From assembly GCA_964483665.1 (NCBI GenBank), contig CAZACP010000005.1, positions 1,910 through 65,909 on the forward strand: DNA of 64,000 nt, written 5' to 3'. Shown piece after piece: positions 18,208-28,416 of this stretch; the first letter of the stretch is position 1; each line of letters begins with the position of its first letter. The position numbers and the translations under genes are program-made. Under the pieces are notes generated by a model. The model saw nothing but the letters and a program-made list of their open reading frames with translations. It was not told the DNA's origin and did no database searches. The stretch comes from an uncultured Candidatus Saccharibacteria bacterium (GTDB lineage: Bacteria; Patescibacteriota; Doudnabacteria; UBA920).

Positions 18208-18636
18208 ATGAACAAGATCTACCAACTACCAACTACCAACTACCAACTAACCGGCAAAGTTATTCGTGGTGACGGTTATGGCAGGAAGCTAGGTTTTCCC
18301 ACGGCCAATATAGACCGCAGGCAGTATGTAAAAGATAAATTGAAGGTCAAATTGGGAATTTGGGCAGGAGCTGTGAGTTATCAGTCATCAATTAACAATT
18401 ATCAATCACGTCCCGCAGCTATAGTAATCGGTCCTGTTGATCGTCGTGGTTTACCTAAGCTCGAAGCGCACTTAATAGGCTTTAAAGGCAATTTATATGG
18501 AAAAAAATTAAGTATATACCTGGGTATATACTTAAGGCCGTTTAAAAAGTTTAAAAGTGAATTGGAATTAATAGAGCAAATACATAGGGATATAAAAAAC
18601 ATTTTAAATTTAAAGAAAAAAATATGGCAGAGTTAG
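18208..18636 (+). CDS. Riboflavin kinase (stand-alone RibF C-terminal domain)
   Basis: G.GRKLGFPTAN, EAHL, LR...KF motifs. Confidence 0.85.
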   Translation: MNKIYQLPTTNYQLTGKVIRGDGYGRKLGFPTANIDRRQYVKDKLKVKLGIWAGAVSYQSSINNYQSRPAAIVIGPVDRRGLPKLEAHLIGFKGNLYGKKLSIYLGIYLRPFKKFKSELELIEQIHRDIKNILNLKKKIWQS

Positions 18637-19385
18637 AGGCGTCAGGAGGGCGGGAACTATTATTGGCACAACGAACGGAATTAAGGGAAAAGTGGGATAC
18701 GCAATTTGCCGGTGCCGCGCATTTTGTTATTGACGCTTTGCTAGAGTTTCCTTCTGAAGAAAGAAATGTTCAGCTTATAAAATTAAAAAAAAGGATTGAT
18801 GATTGGGTAAGAGCAAAAAAAGACAAAACCGCAGGGGATTACGAATCACAAGAGTTAACTACAGATATTTTTAGAGAAATTATTTACCGTGTTATTGCAA
18901 GACTTCCTGGCAGAGAAATCATTACAAAAGAAGAGTTGGTAAATATGTACAAGCAGTTGGATTCTGAAGTTTATACCCACTGTCCGCCCGTTAACTGGGG
19001 ATTAATAGGCTCATTGAATTCTGGGGAGCAAAATGATCAAACAGCTTTATATTTAGACCAAATAACTAAAATATGTGATGTTTTAGTAAAAGCTGATGTA
19101 AACGACAAAGACCAGCGTGAAATAATGGAACAAATTATTTATAAGCCCGCAACAGTAAGGGGGACAGAAATAGGTTTTAAGATTGAAGATGCAAGAAAAT
19201 TAAGAATATTCCAAGATTTAATACTTAATTTAATAAATCGACTATCTATAAAAACTGGCGAAACAAAACAAGATTGGCTAAGAACCCTTGAAAAAAATTA
19301 TTTACCCGGTTTGAATGCTACTAAGGTTGAGTTATATAATACTGGTAATCAGATAGAAAAACTATCAAGGTCAACAATATTTTAG
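18624..19385 (+). CDS. Hypothetical protein
   Basis: 253 aa ORF overlapping the upstream gene. Confidence 0.6.
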   Translation: MAELEASGGRELLLAQRTELREKWDTQFAGAAHFVIDALLEFPSEERNVQLIKLKKRIDDWVRAKKDKTAGDYESQELTTDIFREIIYRVIARLPGREIITKEELVNMYKQLDSEVYTHCPPVNWGLIGSLNSGEQNDQTALYLDQITKICDVLVKADVNDKDQREIMEQIIYKPATVRGTEIGFKIEDARKLRIFQDLILNLINRLSIKTGETKQDWLRTLEKNYLPGLNATKVELYNTGNQIEKLSRSTIF

Positions 19386-19424
19386 TAGTAAAATTATAGT
19401 ATATAAATTTCTAATTCTATCTAT

Positions 19425-20366
19425 ATGCGCAAATACGGAACATACTTTATTTTTATTGCGGCTATGCTGTGGGCGACAGACGCGCCCTTTCGGGCTCATT
19501 TAACCCAAGGGCTTTCCAGTAATTTTATAGTTTTGGTAGAGCATTTTTTTGACGTTTTGGTCGTACTGCCAATTTTGTTGTTAAATTTAAAAGATCTTAA
19601 GCATCTAACAAAGAAAGAGTGGGGGGCTGTATTGTTTATTGCCATTGGCGGCAGCGCTTTAGCCAGTATAGCTTTTACCCAAGCTTTTCATTATGTTAAT
19701 CCTTCCGTGGCTATACTGCTGCAAAAACTCCAGCCTTTAATAGCCATTGGCCTGGCTGCCAGCCTGCTAGGCGAAAGAAGAAACAAAAATTTTTGGATTT
19801 GGGCGACTATTGCCTTAATAGGAGCTTACTTTATAAGTTTTGGTGGCCTTAAGCCGGAACTTTTTCCGGGCGAAAAGCTAAATCCGAATGTAATGGGAGT
19901 TTTGCTTGCCTTAGTCGCCGCATTTTTTTGGGGTGGCAGCACAGTTATGGGCCGTTATATGCTTTCCAGCGTGAATTTTAAAGTTATGACAGCTTTAAGG
20001 TTTTCCGCGGCGTTTGTATTTTTGCTAATTTTAAATTTTTGGCAAAAAAGCATTCCGCCCCTTGCTAGTGTTACCGGCAAAGACTGGCTGTTTTTGTTTA
20101 TTATTGCTATTACTTCCGGCGTAGTTTCGTTGTTTGTATATTACAAAGGTCTGCAGACTACCAAAGCTTCGGTGGCAACAATAGCAGAACTGGGTTTTCC
20201 TTTGGCTGCGGTTTTGGTCAACTATGTTTCTTTTAAAATGGGCTGGATTACCCAAAATACCTCTTTAAATATGGTTCAATTGCTGGGTATGGCAATTTTA
20301 TTATTCTCAGTGTATAATCTTTCAAGGGTAAATGAGCAAATAACCCAGAAATCTAAATTAATATAA
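19425..20366 (+). CDS. DMT/EamA family transporter
   Basis: About 10 TM helices with two EamA-like halves. Confidence 0.85.
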   Translation: MRKYGTYFIFIAAMLWATDAPFRAHLTQGLSSNFIVLVEHFFDVLVVLPILLLNLKDLKHLTKKEWGAVLFIAIGGSALASIAFTQAFHYVNPSVAILLQKLQPLIAIGLAASLLGERRNKNFWIWATIALIGAYFISFGGLKPELFPGEKLNPNVMGVLLALVAAFFWGGSTVMGRYMLSSVNFKVMTALRFSAAFVFLLILNFWQKSIPPLASVTGKDWLFLFIIAITSGVVSLFVYYKGLQTTKASVATIAELGFPLAAVLVNYVSFKMGWITQNTSLNMVQLLGMAILLFSVYNLSRVNEQITQKSKLI

Positions 20367-20373
20367 TATTTTT

Positions 20374-21597
20374 ATGGTGAATCCTTTTGATAGCGCAAGA
20401 AAGCAGTTAAGCCAGGCGGCAGAAATTGCCAGTTTGGAAAAAAATAAAATCGAACAGCTTATGTCACCGGATAGATACGTAGAAGTAAGCATACCGGTTT
20501 TAATGGACAACGGGCAGCAGAAAATTTTTAAGGGTTTTAGAAGTCAGCACAACAACGCGCGCGGCCCCTATAAAGGCGGTATTCGTTACCACCAAGACGT
20601 AAATTTAGACGAAGTGCGCGCTCTAAGCTTTTGGATGTCGTTTAAGAACGCGGTAGTTAACGTGCCTTTTGGCGGAGGCAAAGGCGGAATTATTGTTAAC
20701 CCAAAAGAACTGTCAGAAAGCGAGCTGGAAAAATTGTCCCGCGGATGGGTTAAAAAAATGTATCCGGTTTTGGGACCCGAGTTCGATGTGCCGGCTCCGG
20801 ACGTAAATACCAACGGGCAAATAATGAACTGGATGGTGGACGAATACAGAAAAATTACAAAAAACGAAAAATCTGAAGCCGTGTTTACGGGTAAGCCCGT
20901 GGGCAAGGGCGGCAGCGAAGGCAGGGAAGAAGCTACCGGTTTTGGAGGCTTTTACGTGTTTGAAGAAGTCGCTAAAAAGCTAAATGTAGCTTTGGGCGCG
21001 AGCATTGCCATACAGGGTTTGGGAAACGTAGCCACTTTTTTTGCTAAAATGGCTGCGCAAAAAGGCTATAAAGTCGTCGCGCTTTCCGATTCTAAGGGCG
21101 GAATTTATAACGAATCCGGTTTAGATGTAGAAAGTGTTTTAGCTTTTAAAAAGCAAAACGGTTCTTTAAAAGATTTTGCAGGCAGTAAAAATATTACAAA
21201 TGCCGAGCTTTTGGAATTGCCGGTAGAAGTACTGGTTCCAGCCGCTTTGGAAAATGTCTTAACAGCGGACAATGCGGGCAAAGTTCAGGCTAAATTTATA
21301 ATCGAAATGGCAAACGGTCCTACCACCCCGGAAGCGGATGAAATTTTTGCAAAAAATAATGTAGCCGTTATTCCCGACATTTTGGCTAACAGCGGGGGAG
21401 TTTGCGTATCGTACTTTGAGTGGTATCAGAATATGAACTCGGAAGTTTGGGGCAAAGAACAGGTTTTAGAGAAATTGTCTAAACAAATTAAGCAAGCTTT
21501 TGCCGATGTGCTGGAAAAGAAAGAAAAATACAACACAACTTTCCGCAACGCAGCATACATTTTAGCCGCGGAGAGAATTATGGAAAAAATGCAGTAG
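20374..21597 (+). CDS. gdhA: Glu/Leu/Phe/Val dehydrogenase (glutamate dehydrogenase)
   Basis: GPYKGGIR, GGGKGG, PAPDV, EATGFG, GLGNV motifs. Confidence 0.9.
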   Translation: MVNPFDSARKQLSQAAEIASLEKNKIEQLMSPDRYVEVSIPVLMDNGQQKIFKGFRSQHNNARGPYKGGIRYHQDVNLDEVRALSFWMSFKNAVVNVPFGGGKGGIIVNPKELSESELEKLSRGWVKKMYPVLGPEFDVPAPDVNTNGQIMNWMVDEYRKITKNEKSEAVFTGKPVGKGGSEGREEATGFGGFYVFEEVAKKLNVALGASIAIQGLGNVATFFAKMAAQKGYKVVALSDSKGGIYNESGLDVESVLAFKKQNGSLKDFAGSKNITNAELLELPVEVLVPAALENVLTADNAGKVQAKFIIEMANGPTTPEADEIFAKNNVAVIPDILANSGGVCVSYFEWYQNMNSEVWGKEQVLEKLSKQIKQAFADVLEKKEKYNTTFRNAAYILAAERIMEKMQ

Positions 21598-21618
21598 TTT
21601 TTGGTAAGTCAGTGCAAT

Positions 21619-21647
21619 AAAAAAACCCGGGCAAGCCCGGGTTTTTT
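21619..21647 (+). terminator. Intrinsic terminator
   Basis: AAAAAACCCGGGC-AA-GCCCGGGTTTTTT. Confidence 0.8.
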
Positions 21648-21709
21648 GTTTGATGTTATAATTTAGATGTGTTTGGCTACCAACTATTTATTACCAACTA
21701 CTCACTATT

Positions 21710-22207
21710 ATGTACGATGTAATTATTATTGGGGCAGGGCCTGGCGGGATGGCCGCCGCCGCGGCTGCGGCAGAGGCTAGCCTTAAAATTTTAGTAGTGA
21801 CCAAAAACATTTACGAACCAAAGTCCGAGCAGGAAATATTAGGATTTTTTAGCCTGAAGAATTTGGCAAAAAAATTTCAGCAATTAGTTAAAAATAATTT
21901 AATTGAGGTAAAAGACAAAACGGAAATTATAAATTTAGAAAAAAATATTGTTAGTTTTAGTGCGGAGGCTAAGAACGGGAGTCTTTATTACGCTAAAAAT
22001 GTAGTTATTGCTACAGGTAAAAGCAGTTTGGAATTTGATGCAATAACCCAAAAAATGCAAAACGGAAAAATAAAAATAGATGGCGACCAAAAAAGTTCCA
22101 TGCCCGGAGTTTTTGCTATTGGCGAATCTTGCGGTAATTTTTCTAAAAATGCTTTGGTGGAAATAGGTGAAGGGGTGAAAAGTATTTTGGTTTTATTAAA
22201 TCGTTAG
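21710..22207 (+). CDS. Short FAD-binding oxidoreductase-like protein (TrxB-like, lacking central domain)
   Basis: GAGPGG, IATG, GVFAIGE motifs in only 165 aa. Confidence 0.7.
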   Translation: MYDVIIIGAGPGGMAAAAAAAEASLKILVVTKNIYEPKSEQEILGFFSLKNLAKKFQQLVKNNLIEVKDKTEIINLEKNIVSFSAEAKNGSLYYAKNVVIATGKSSLEFDAITQKMQNGKIKIDGDQKSSMPGVFAIGESCGNFSKNALVEIGEGVKSILVLLNR

Positions 22208-22287
22208 GCTAAAAAAACTTGATAAACATTGACAACTCTGGTTTTTGGAGCCATAATATAATGCTATTAAATATTAATTTTAAATAT

Positions 22288-24639
22288 ATGAAATACTTCA
22301 AAATTGGCTTGTTTACAGCAATTTTTGCATTACTAGGGGCTAATTTTGCAACTCCGGTTTCTGCCCAATATTACTATGGCCGAACGCCTTCGTTGTCCGT
22401 TTCCGGGCAGAGCGGAAGCAATTTAACCTTTAATGTATCTAACGCTGATCCGAATTCCAGAGTTATTTTATATGCCAGAAGCGCCGGAGGCAGCTTGTGG
22501 TCAACTTCTATAGACAGCATTGGCCAGACAGACAGCAGCGGTTATTTGAACACCTCCTTAAACCCCGGAATTAACGGAAACGCTGAGTTTAAAGTTACAG
22601 TTAATGGTTTAGATTCCAATATAGCCCAGTTAGGTTATAATTCTTGCGGCTACGGCCAAAATTGCGTGGGCGGAATTACTTTTAGTCCAGCAAACCCAAG
22701 CCTAAGCGTAGGCCAGACTGTTTCAGTGTCTATTTACCAGCCTTATTTTTATTACGGCAGCTATTATGTGTCCAATAACTCGAATTCTTCGGTTGTTTCA
22801 GCTACCATTTCCGGCAGCAGCTTAAGCCTTTACGGCCTAGCTAATGGGTCAAGCACAATCACAGTTTGCCAAAGCGGCGGTTCTAGTGCTTGCGGTTATG
22901 TCTATGTAACTGTAAGCGGCGGCTCTTATAGCGGCAATATTTGGTTTAGTCCGAGCAGTCCTAGTATGTACGTAGGCCAGAGTTTGGCTGTTTCCATAAA
23001 TAGCAGCGCGTATGCCACCGGCTTGTACGGCTCAAGCAGTTACTATATTTCTTCCAATTCCAACTCAAACGTAGTCTCGGCCTCTGTTTCCGGTACAGTT
23101 ATGAACTTGTACGCCAATCAAACCGGCAGTGCAACAATCGTAGTATGTCATAATTCTTTAAGTTTTTGCGGAAATTTGTATGTAACTGTTTCCGGCAATT
23201 CCGCCTCAGGTAATTTATGGCTAAGTCAATCTTCTGTTAATGTAAGTGTTTCCAATGCACAAAATATAAATATTTATAGCAACAACTCAGCTTTAGGTGC
23301 TTACTATATTTCGTCTAATAGTAATTACAACAATGTACAAGCAAGTATTTCCGGCAGTTTGCTAACCGTGACCGGTATGTCGGTAGGGAGCAGTACCGTA
23401 TTAGTTTGCCAATACAACACCAGTTCCTGTGTAAACTTGTATGTTACAGTCGGTTCGTCTAATTACAACAATATTTGGTTTAGTCCCAGCAGTGTAAATA
23501 TGACCTCAGGACAAACCACCAATGTAAATATTTACAGTTCAGGCGGGTATTATAGTGGGTATTATGTTTCCAGTAACAGTAATTCTTTTGTGGCTGGCGC
23601 AACCATTAACGGCAGCCAGTTAACTATAACAGCTCAAAACAGCGGCAATACCACCGTAATGGTTTGCCAAACCGGCAATAGTTCAGTGTGCGGAAATATT
23701 TCTGTAACCGTCAGCGGCTACGGCGGAAGCGCAATTACTTTTAGTCAGAATTATTTAAATTTAACTTCCGGACAAAGTACAACGGTTACTGTTTATGGCA
23801 ATGGTTCTTATTATATTTCCAGCAACAGCAACTCTTCAGTTGTGTCGGCAAATCTTTCTTCCAATATTCTTAATTTGTATGCCTATAACCAGGGGACCAG
23901 CGCTATTGTAGTTTGCCAAAATAGTCCGTACGGGTGCGGTACTTTGACTGTAAATGTAAGTGGCGGGTATTATGGCGGCGGCAACTTGTATTTTAATTCA
24001 ACTAATTTGCCCAACTTGGTAATTGGGCAATACTATAATTACCAATTGCAGGTTTCAGGCGGGCAAGCGCCGTACAATTTCCAAGTTACAAGCGGGCAGT
24101 TGCCAAGCGGGCTGTATTTAAGTACCGGCGGACTTTTGTATGGAACACCGCAAAATAGCAGTTACTCAAGCTTTACTGTTAGAGTGTCCGACACTTATGG
24201 CCGTAACTCAAGCGCCAACTTTACCATAGGCGGAAGCGGTGGAGTGTTGGGGATTAGTACTTACCCAAACGGCCAGCTTATAAAAGAAAACGGAACCGTG
24301 TATATAGTTTACCGCGGGCAAAAAAGCGGCTTTGCTTCAGCTTCTGCGTTTACTGGCTTAGGCTTTAAATTCAGCAATGTTTTAACTACCGGCTATACCG
24401 GTCTTTCAGACAGCGGTTATGTAGTTAACAGCGCAAACACTTCACACCCGTGGGGCAGTTGGGTACAAAGTGGCCAGGCAATATATTTTGTTCATCAGGA
24501 CGGACTAATACCCGTGCCAACCTGGGATGTGTTTATAAACAACAGGGGACAAAGCAGCTTTGTTGTTCCGGCCAACCTATTTGATTTTCAAAGACCTATT
24601 TTAAGCCAAATGGTGAGTAATGACTCAAGGCTATATTAG
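22288..24639 (+). CDS. Secreted/surface protein with tandem Ig-like beta repeats
   Basis: Signal peptide from MKYFKIG; repeats YY.SSNSN...VC....CG..YVTV; putative Ig domain GGQAPY..LPSGL. Confidence 0.75.
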   Translation: MKYFKIGLFTAIFALLGANFATPVSAQYYYGRTPSLSVSGQSGSNLTFNVSNADPNSRVILYARSAGGSLWSTSIDSIGQTDSSGYLNTSLNPGINGNAEFKVTVNGLDSNIAQLGYNSCGYGQNCVGGITFSPANPSLSVGQTVSVSIYQPYFYYGSYYVSNNSNSSVVSATISGSSLSLYGLANGSSTITVCQSGGSSACGYVYVTVSGGSYSGNIWFSPSSPSMYVGQSLAVSINSSAYATGLYGSSSYYISSNSNSNVVSASVSGTVMNLYANQTGSATIVVCHNSLSFCGNLYVTVSGNSASGNLWLSQSSVNVSVSNAQNINIYSNNSALGAYYISSNSNYNNVQASISGSLLTVTGMSVGSSTVLVCQYNTSSCVNLYVTVGSSNYNNIWFSPSSVNMTSGQTTNVNIYSSGGYYSGYYVSSNSNSFVAGATINGSQLTITAQNSGNTTVMVCQTGNSSVCGNISVTVSGYGGSAITFSQNYLNLTSGQSTTVTVYGNGSYYISSNSNSSVVSANLSSNILNLYAYNQGTSAIVVCQNSPYGCGTLTVNVSGGYYGGGNLYFNSTNLPNLVIGQYYNYQLQVSGGQAPYNFQVTSGQLPSGLYLSTGGLLYGTPQNSSYSSFTVRVSDTYGRNSSANFTIGGSGGVLGISTYPNGQLIKENGTVYIVYRGQKSGFASASAFTGLGFKFSNVLTTGYTGLSDSGYVVNSANTSHPWGSWVQSGQAIYFVHQDGLIPVPTWDVFINNRGQSSFVVPANLFDFQRPILSQMVSNDSRLY

Positions 24640-24654
24640 TAGAACTAAATACTA

Positions 24655-24687
24655 CAAAAACCCTTCCCTTGCGGGAAGGGTTTTTGT
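24655..24687 (+). terminator. Intrinsic terminator
   Basis: ACAAAAACCCTTCCC-TTGC-GGGAAGGGTTTTTGT. Confidence 0.8.
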
Positions 24688-24783
24688 ATCCCGTTAGAAA
24701 TAATTTGGTACTAGATTTTATTTCTTAATTTGTTATATACTAAAATAAATATAATTTAAAAGTAAATAAATTTCTAACGGGAT
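24688..24783. mobile_element. 96-bp MITE-like element with 14-bp terminal inverted repeats
   Basis: ATCCCGTTAGAAAT (24688-24701) / ATTTCTAACGGGAT (24770-24783). Confidence 0.6.
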
Positions 24784-25588
24784 GATTATTAAGTATATTA
24801 ATTTGAATATTTGGATGGGGGAGCTTTTTAAAAGTACCCTGCAATTTTTAAAAGAACAAAAAGCTGACATTGTGGTTTTGCAGGAAGTAATGCACCATGA
24901 GAATGCGGAAAAATTGTCTTTAAAGCATCAGACTAAAGTTATTTTAGAAAGAGAGTTGGGTTTAAAATACAGCGAGTATTTTCCTTTAGTTTTAGACAAA
25001 AGGTTTAATCCGCCCGCGCTATTTGGCAACCTGATTTTGTCTAGGTTTCCTATAGAAAATAGCAAGAAAGTTTTTTTTGACCGCCCGTTTCGGGAATGGG
25101 ACAACAGTTTGCCAAATGAGGAATTTACTCGCGGTCTTTTGGTTTGTGAAATTAATGTAAATAATACTTTGCTAACCGTGGGAAACATTCACGGTATATG
25201 GGGCAAACATGGGGCAGATACCGACAGAAGGCTGAATATGATAGATATTGTGCTTAAAGAGTTAAAGGGTCAAGAGCGGGTAATTTTGTCAGGCGACTTT
25301 AATTTAAATGAAAGGGTGTATCCGGAAATTAACGGTAAAGCGGATTTGTCTAAACCGCAAAGAACAAAATCGGTGGCTTTGCTTGAAGAAAAATTTGTAA
25401 ATATTTTTAAGGACGAACGCATAACTTCTTTTAATCCAAATTATAAAGATTTTGTTACTACAGGTTACGCACACGCTGTAGTTGATATGGTTTTTGTAAC
25501 GCCAAATATTAAAATTTTGTCGCACATACAGCCCGATGTTGACGTTTCTGATCACATGCCGCAAATTGTTGAACTGGAAATAAACTAA
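24782..25588 (+). CDS. Endonuclease/exonuclease/phosphatase (EEP) family protein
   Basis: NIW, LQEV, GDFN, SDH motifs. Confidence 0.9.
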   Translation: MIIKYINLNIWMGELFKSTLQFLKEQKADIVVLQEVMHHENAEKLSLKHQTKVILERELGLKYSEYFPLVLDKRFNPPALFGNLILSRFPIENSKKVFFDRPFREWDNSLPNEEFTRGLLVCEINVNNTLLTVGNIHGIWGKHGADTDRRLNMIDIVLKELKGQERVILSGDFNLNERVYPEINGKADLSKPQRTKSVALLEEKFVNIFKDERITSFNPNYKDFVTTGYAHAVVDMVFVTPNIKILSHIQPDVDVSDHMPQIVELEIN

Positions 25589-25664
25589 CGACCACGGATA
25601 TTTACAGAAAAACACGGAGTTTAGATCCGTGTTAGTCTGTTTTTGTGTCCGTGTTGATCGGTTT

Positions 25665-26225
25665 TTATTGCGCTACCCTTTCCACGTACTGGCCGTCTCT
25701 TGTGTCTACTTTTAATATGTCGCCTTCTTTTATAAACATTGGTACGTCTACCACGTGGCCGGTTTCTAAGGTTACAGGTTTAGTTACATTGCCGCCGCTG
25801 TTGCCTTTGGTGTCGGGGGGAGCCTGGGTAACTTTGAGCTCAACTTTTATAGGCAGTTCTATTGAAACGGGGTTGCCGTTAAATTTTAGAATGGAAACTT
25901 CCATGCCTTCTTTTAAGAATTTTTCCTGCTCCTCTGTTACGTCTTTATTTATGTCTACCTGTTCAAAGGTGGTTTGGTTCATAAAGTGCGTACCTTCTGA
26001 ATCTGCGTAAAGAAAGCTGGCTTTTTCCCTTTCAACGTCTGCCTCTTCAATGCTTTCGCCAAATTTGAAGGAGTATTCGTAAACTTTTCCGGTAATTACG
26101 TTTTTTAATTTGGTCTGCATAACCGGTTTTCTTTGCGCTGTGCGCATGCGGTTAGACCAAATAACCTGCACCGGCTGGTTTTCCCATAAGATTATGGTGC
26201 CGATTTTTAAGTCGTTTAAATCCAT
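25665..26225 (-). CDS. efp: Elongation factor P
   Basis: KLKNVITG, FMNQTTFEQ, KPVTLETG, VDTRDG.Y motifs; start ATG 26225. Confidence 0.95.
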   Translation of the reverse strand: MDLNDLKIGTIILWENQPVQVIWSNRMRTAQRKPVMQTKLKNVITGKVYEYSFKFGESIEEADVEREKASFLYADSEGTHFMNQTTFEQVDINKDVTEEQEKFLKEGMEVSILKFNGNPVSIELPIKVELKVTQAPPDTKGNSGGNVTKPVTLETGHVVDVPMFIKEGDILKVDTRDGQYVERVAQ

Positions 26226-26327
26226 AAGTGAAATGACAAAAATGACATAATTGACAAAAATGAGCAAAAATTGCTGTATCAAAATTTTGTCAATTTTGAT
26301 TAATTTTATTTAATTTTTTTCAGTAAA

Positions 26328-26588
26328 TTAGGCGCTTACAAACGGCAAGAGCGCCATGTGTCTGGCGTGTTTAAGTGCCAAAGTCACCATTCTTTGGTGT
26401 TTTGGGCAAGATCCGGTTCTGTTGTGACCCATAATTTTTGCATGAGGGGTCATAAAGCGTCTTAATACCGCTGTATCTTTGTAGTCTACAGTGGTCATTT
26501 TGTTGGAGCAAAAATAACACTGTTTTTTAACCGCAGGCTGGGAATCCCTGCTGTTTCGATTGTTGTAATGGTTGTTGTTAGGGCGCAT
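26328..26588 (-). CDS. rpsR: 30S ribosomal protein S18
   Basis: CYFC, DYKD, HQR...KHARHMALLPF. Confidence 0.95.
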   Translation of the reverse strand: MRPNNNHYNNRNSRDSQPAVKKQCYFCSNKMTTVDYKDTAVLRRFMTPHAKIMGHNRTGSCPKHQRMVTLALKHARHMALLPFVSA

Positions 26589-26697
26589 AAATGAATTTAA
26601 TAATTGATCAAAATTAAGTAAAATTAAATAAAATTGAAATACAAAAATGCAGTTTAATTTTACTTAATTAATAAATTTTACTTAATTTTATTTAATT

Positions 26698-27216
26698 CTA
26701 AAATGGAATGTCTTCTACTCTTACTCCTTCGTCGCTGCCTTGGTCTATGGTCGGCAGTTCTTCCTCCTTCGCTAAAGCTCCGAAGGATGAATTGGTAGGC
26801 ATTGGGGCTGCGGCAGGGGAAGCGGCCGCAAATGCGGGTTTAGCAGCAGCCGGAGCAAAAGAACCAGAAGGAGCTGATCCTGCCGGGCGGTCGCCCAGCA
26901 TTATCATGTTATCGGCTACTATTTCGGTTCTGTAGCGTTTTTGCCCGTCCTGCCCGTCCCAGGAACGAGTTTGAAGGCGCCCTTCAATGTAAACCCTGGC
27001 GCCTTTTTTTAAATACTGAGCCGCAATTTCACCCAGCTTTCGCCAGAGGACCACGTTATGAAATTCAGTAGATTCAACTTTCTGGCCGGTTTGCTGGTTG
27101 GTATAAACGTAGCCGGTCGCTACGCCCATTTGGCAGACACTGGCGCCGGAAGGGATGGTTCTAAGTTCAGGGTCGCGTGTTAAGCGGCCTATTATCATAA
27201 CTTTGTTTAAGTCCAT
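26698..27216 (-). CDS. ssb: Single-stranded DNA-binding protein
   Basis: NKVMIIGRLTRDPE, EGRLQTRSW, C-terminal DIPF. Confidence 0.97.
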   Translation of the reverse strand: MDLNKVMIIGRLTRDPELRTIPSGASVCQMGVATGYVYTNQQTGQKVESTEFHNVVLWRKLGEIAAQYLKKGARVYIEGRLQTRSWDGQDGQKRYRTEIVADNMIMLGDRPAGSAPSGSFAPAAAKPAFAAASPAAAPMPTNSSFGALAKEEELPTIDQGSDEGVRVEDIPF

Positions 27217-27284
27217 AAGTTTTAGAAATTTTTAATTATCAATTTTTAATTTTTAAATAATTTACAAAATTAAAAATTTAAAAA

Positions 27285-27773
27285 TTATTTCGTTAAGTCC
27301 TCAGTTAACGCTTCTTCGATTTTTTTGTCCAAAGCCGCGTCGTCTATGTCTTCAAGTTTTAATGCAGGCTTTTCTTCTTTAACTTTTTCTATAGGCATAG
27401 CCTTTGCCACTTCCGCGTTAGTTTCGACGGTGCGTTTTGAAAGCTTGGCTTGCGCGACTTTGTCTTTAGCCAGGCGTTTAATATGCTCGTCTTGGTTAAC
27501 TAAAATGTAACGAATAATGTCGTGTTCTTGGGTGCGAATACGGGCATCGAGTTCGTTAACTTTTTTGCCGTCCATATTAAAATTCACCACAACATATACG
27601 CCGTTGCGGGTTTTTTTAATTGGGTAGGCTAGTTTTTTCTTACCTAAGTTTTCTTCCTTGACGTCTGTGCCTTGGAAGTCCGAAATATGTTTTAGTACTC
27701 TCTGGGAAATAGCCGGCACGTCTGTGTCAGCTACATGTGACCCTAAAAGGTACATAAGTTCATACTTTGGCAT
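27285..27773 (-). CDS. rpsF: 30S ribosomal protein S6
   Basis: YELMY, GKKKLAYPIKK, IIRY; first gene of rpsF-ssb-rpsR. Confidence 0.95.
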   Translation of the reverse strand: MPKYELMYLLGSHVADTDVPAISQRVLKHISDFQGTDVKEENLGKKKLAYPIKKTRNGVYVVVNFNMDGKKVNELDARIRTQEHDIIRYILVNQDEHIKRLAKDKVAQAKLSKRTVETNAEVAKAMPIEKVKEEKPALKLEDIDDAALDKKIEEALTEDLTK

Positions 27774-27910
27774 AGAAAGATTTCCTTTCTATCCCTGCCC
27801 AGAATAGGGTAGGGAATATGATTAATTGTTTACAAATTATAGCAATTATAGGGGGTTTTGTCTATTGACTTTTTTATTTAAATATGATTTAATACACCTT
27901 AATTACAAGG

Positions 27911-28240
27911 ATGAATAAACTACTATGCTTAGTTTTCCTGGTTCTGAGCCAATTTGGCTCAGGGCAGGCACCAACAACTCTCTCCAAGGCGTGCGTGGCT
28001 GAGTTTGAAAATTCTTTGGAGATTTACTTCGAGGAGCATGTCTGGGCTCCGGAAGGAGTAAAAACCGTCAAACAGACAGCACAGCTCCGCCTTGGCTACG
28101 TAGCCGGAAAGACGGCGGTCTGTTGGGATGACCGTTGCGGTCCGGCCGCAGAAGATTATCGTATCACGGTAACAACCGTTAGTACGAGAAAGTTGTTACG
28201 CTTCACTGTCATGGGGAATAAGTGGATTCGTAATAAGTAG
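27911..28240 (+). CDS. Hypothetical secreted protein
   Basis: Signal-peptide-like N-terminus, own promoter-like sequence. Confidence 0.5.
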   Translation: MNKLLCLVFLVLSQFGSGQAPTTLSKACVAEFENSLEIYFEEHVWAPEGVKTVKQTAQLRLGYVAGKTAVCWDDRCGPAAEDYRITVTTVSTRKLLRFTVMGNKWIRNK

Positions 28241-28416
28241 TCAATCGAGTAGAAATACTCGAATTCTTTTGGTGTGTACAATGGGCTGTGCACACCAATT
28301 TTTTTGTCTATAGACAAAAATTGGCATTTAATTTAAACTTTTCCTAGGAGTATTCGACCCCGTTCTGACGACGGGGTTAGATTTTTGGTGGAGTAAAATG
28401 AGAAGGAGGTTTCTTT

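Noticed and set aside
27774-27820. S6:S18 ribosomal leader RNA
   Set aside because: Two hairpins precede rpsF, one covering the RBS, but a match to the known motif cannot be confirmed without a covariance search.
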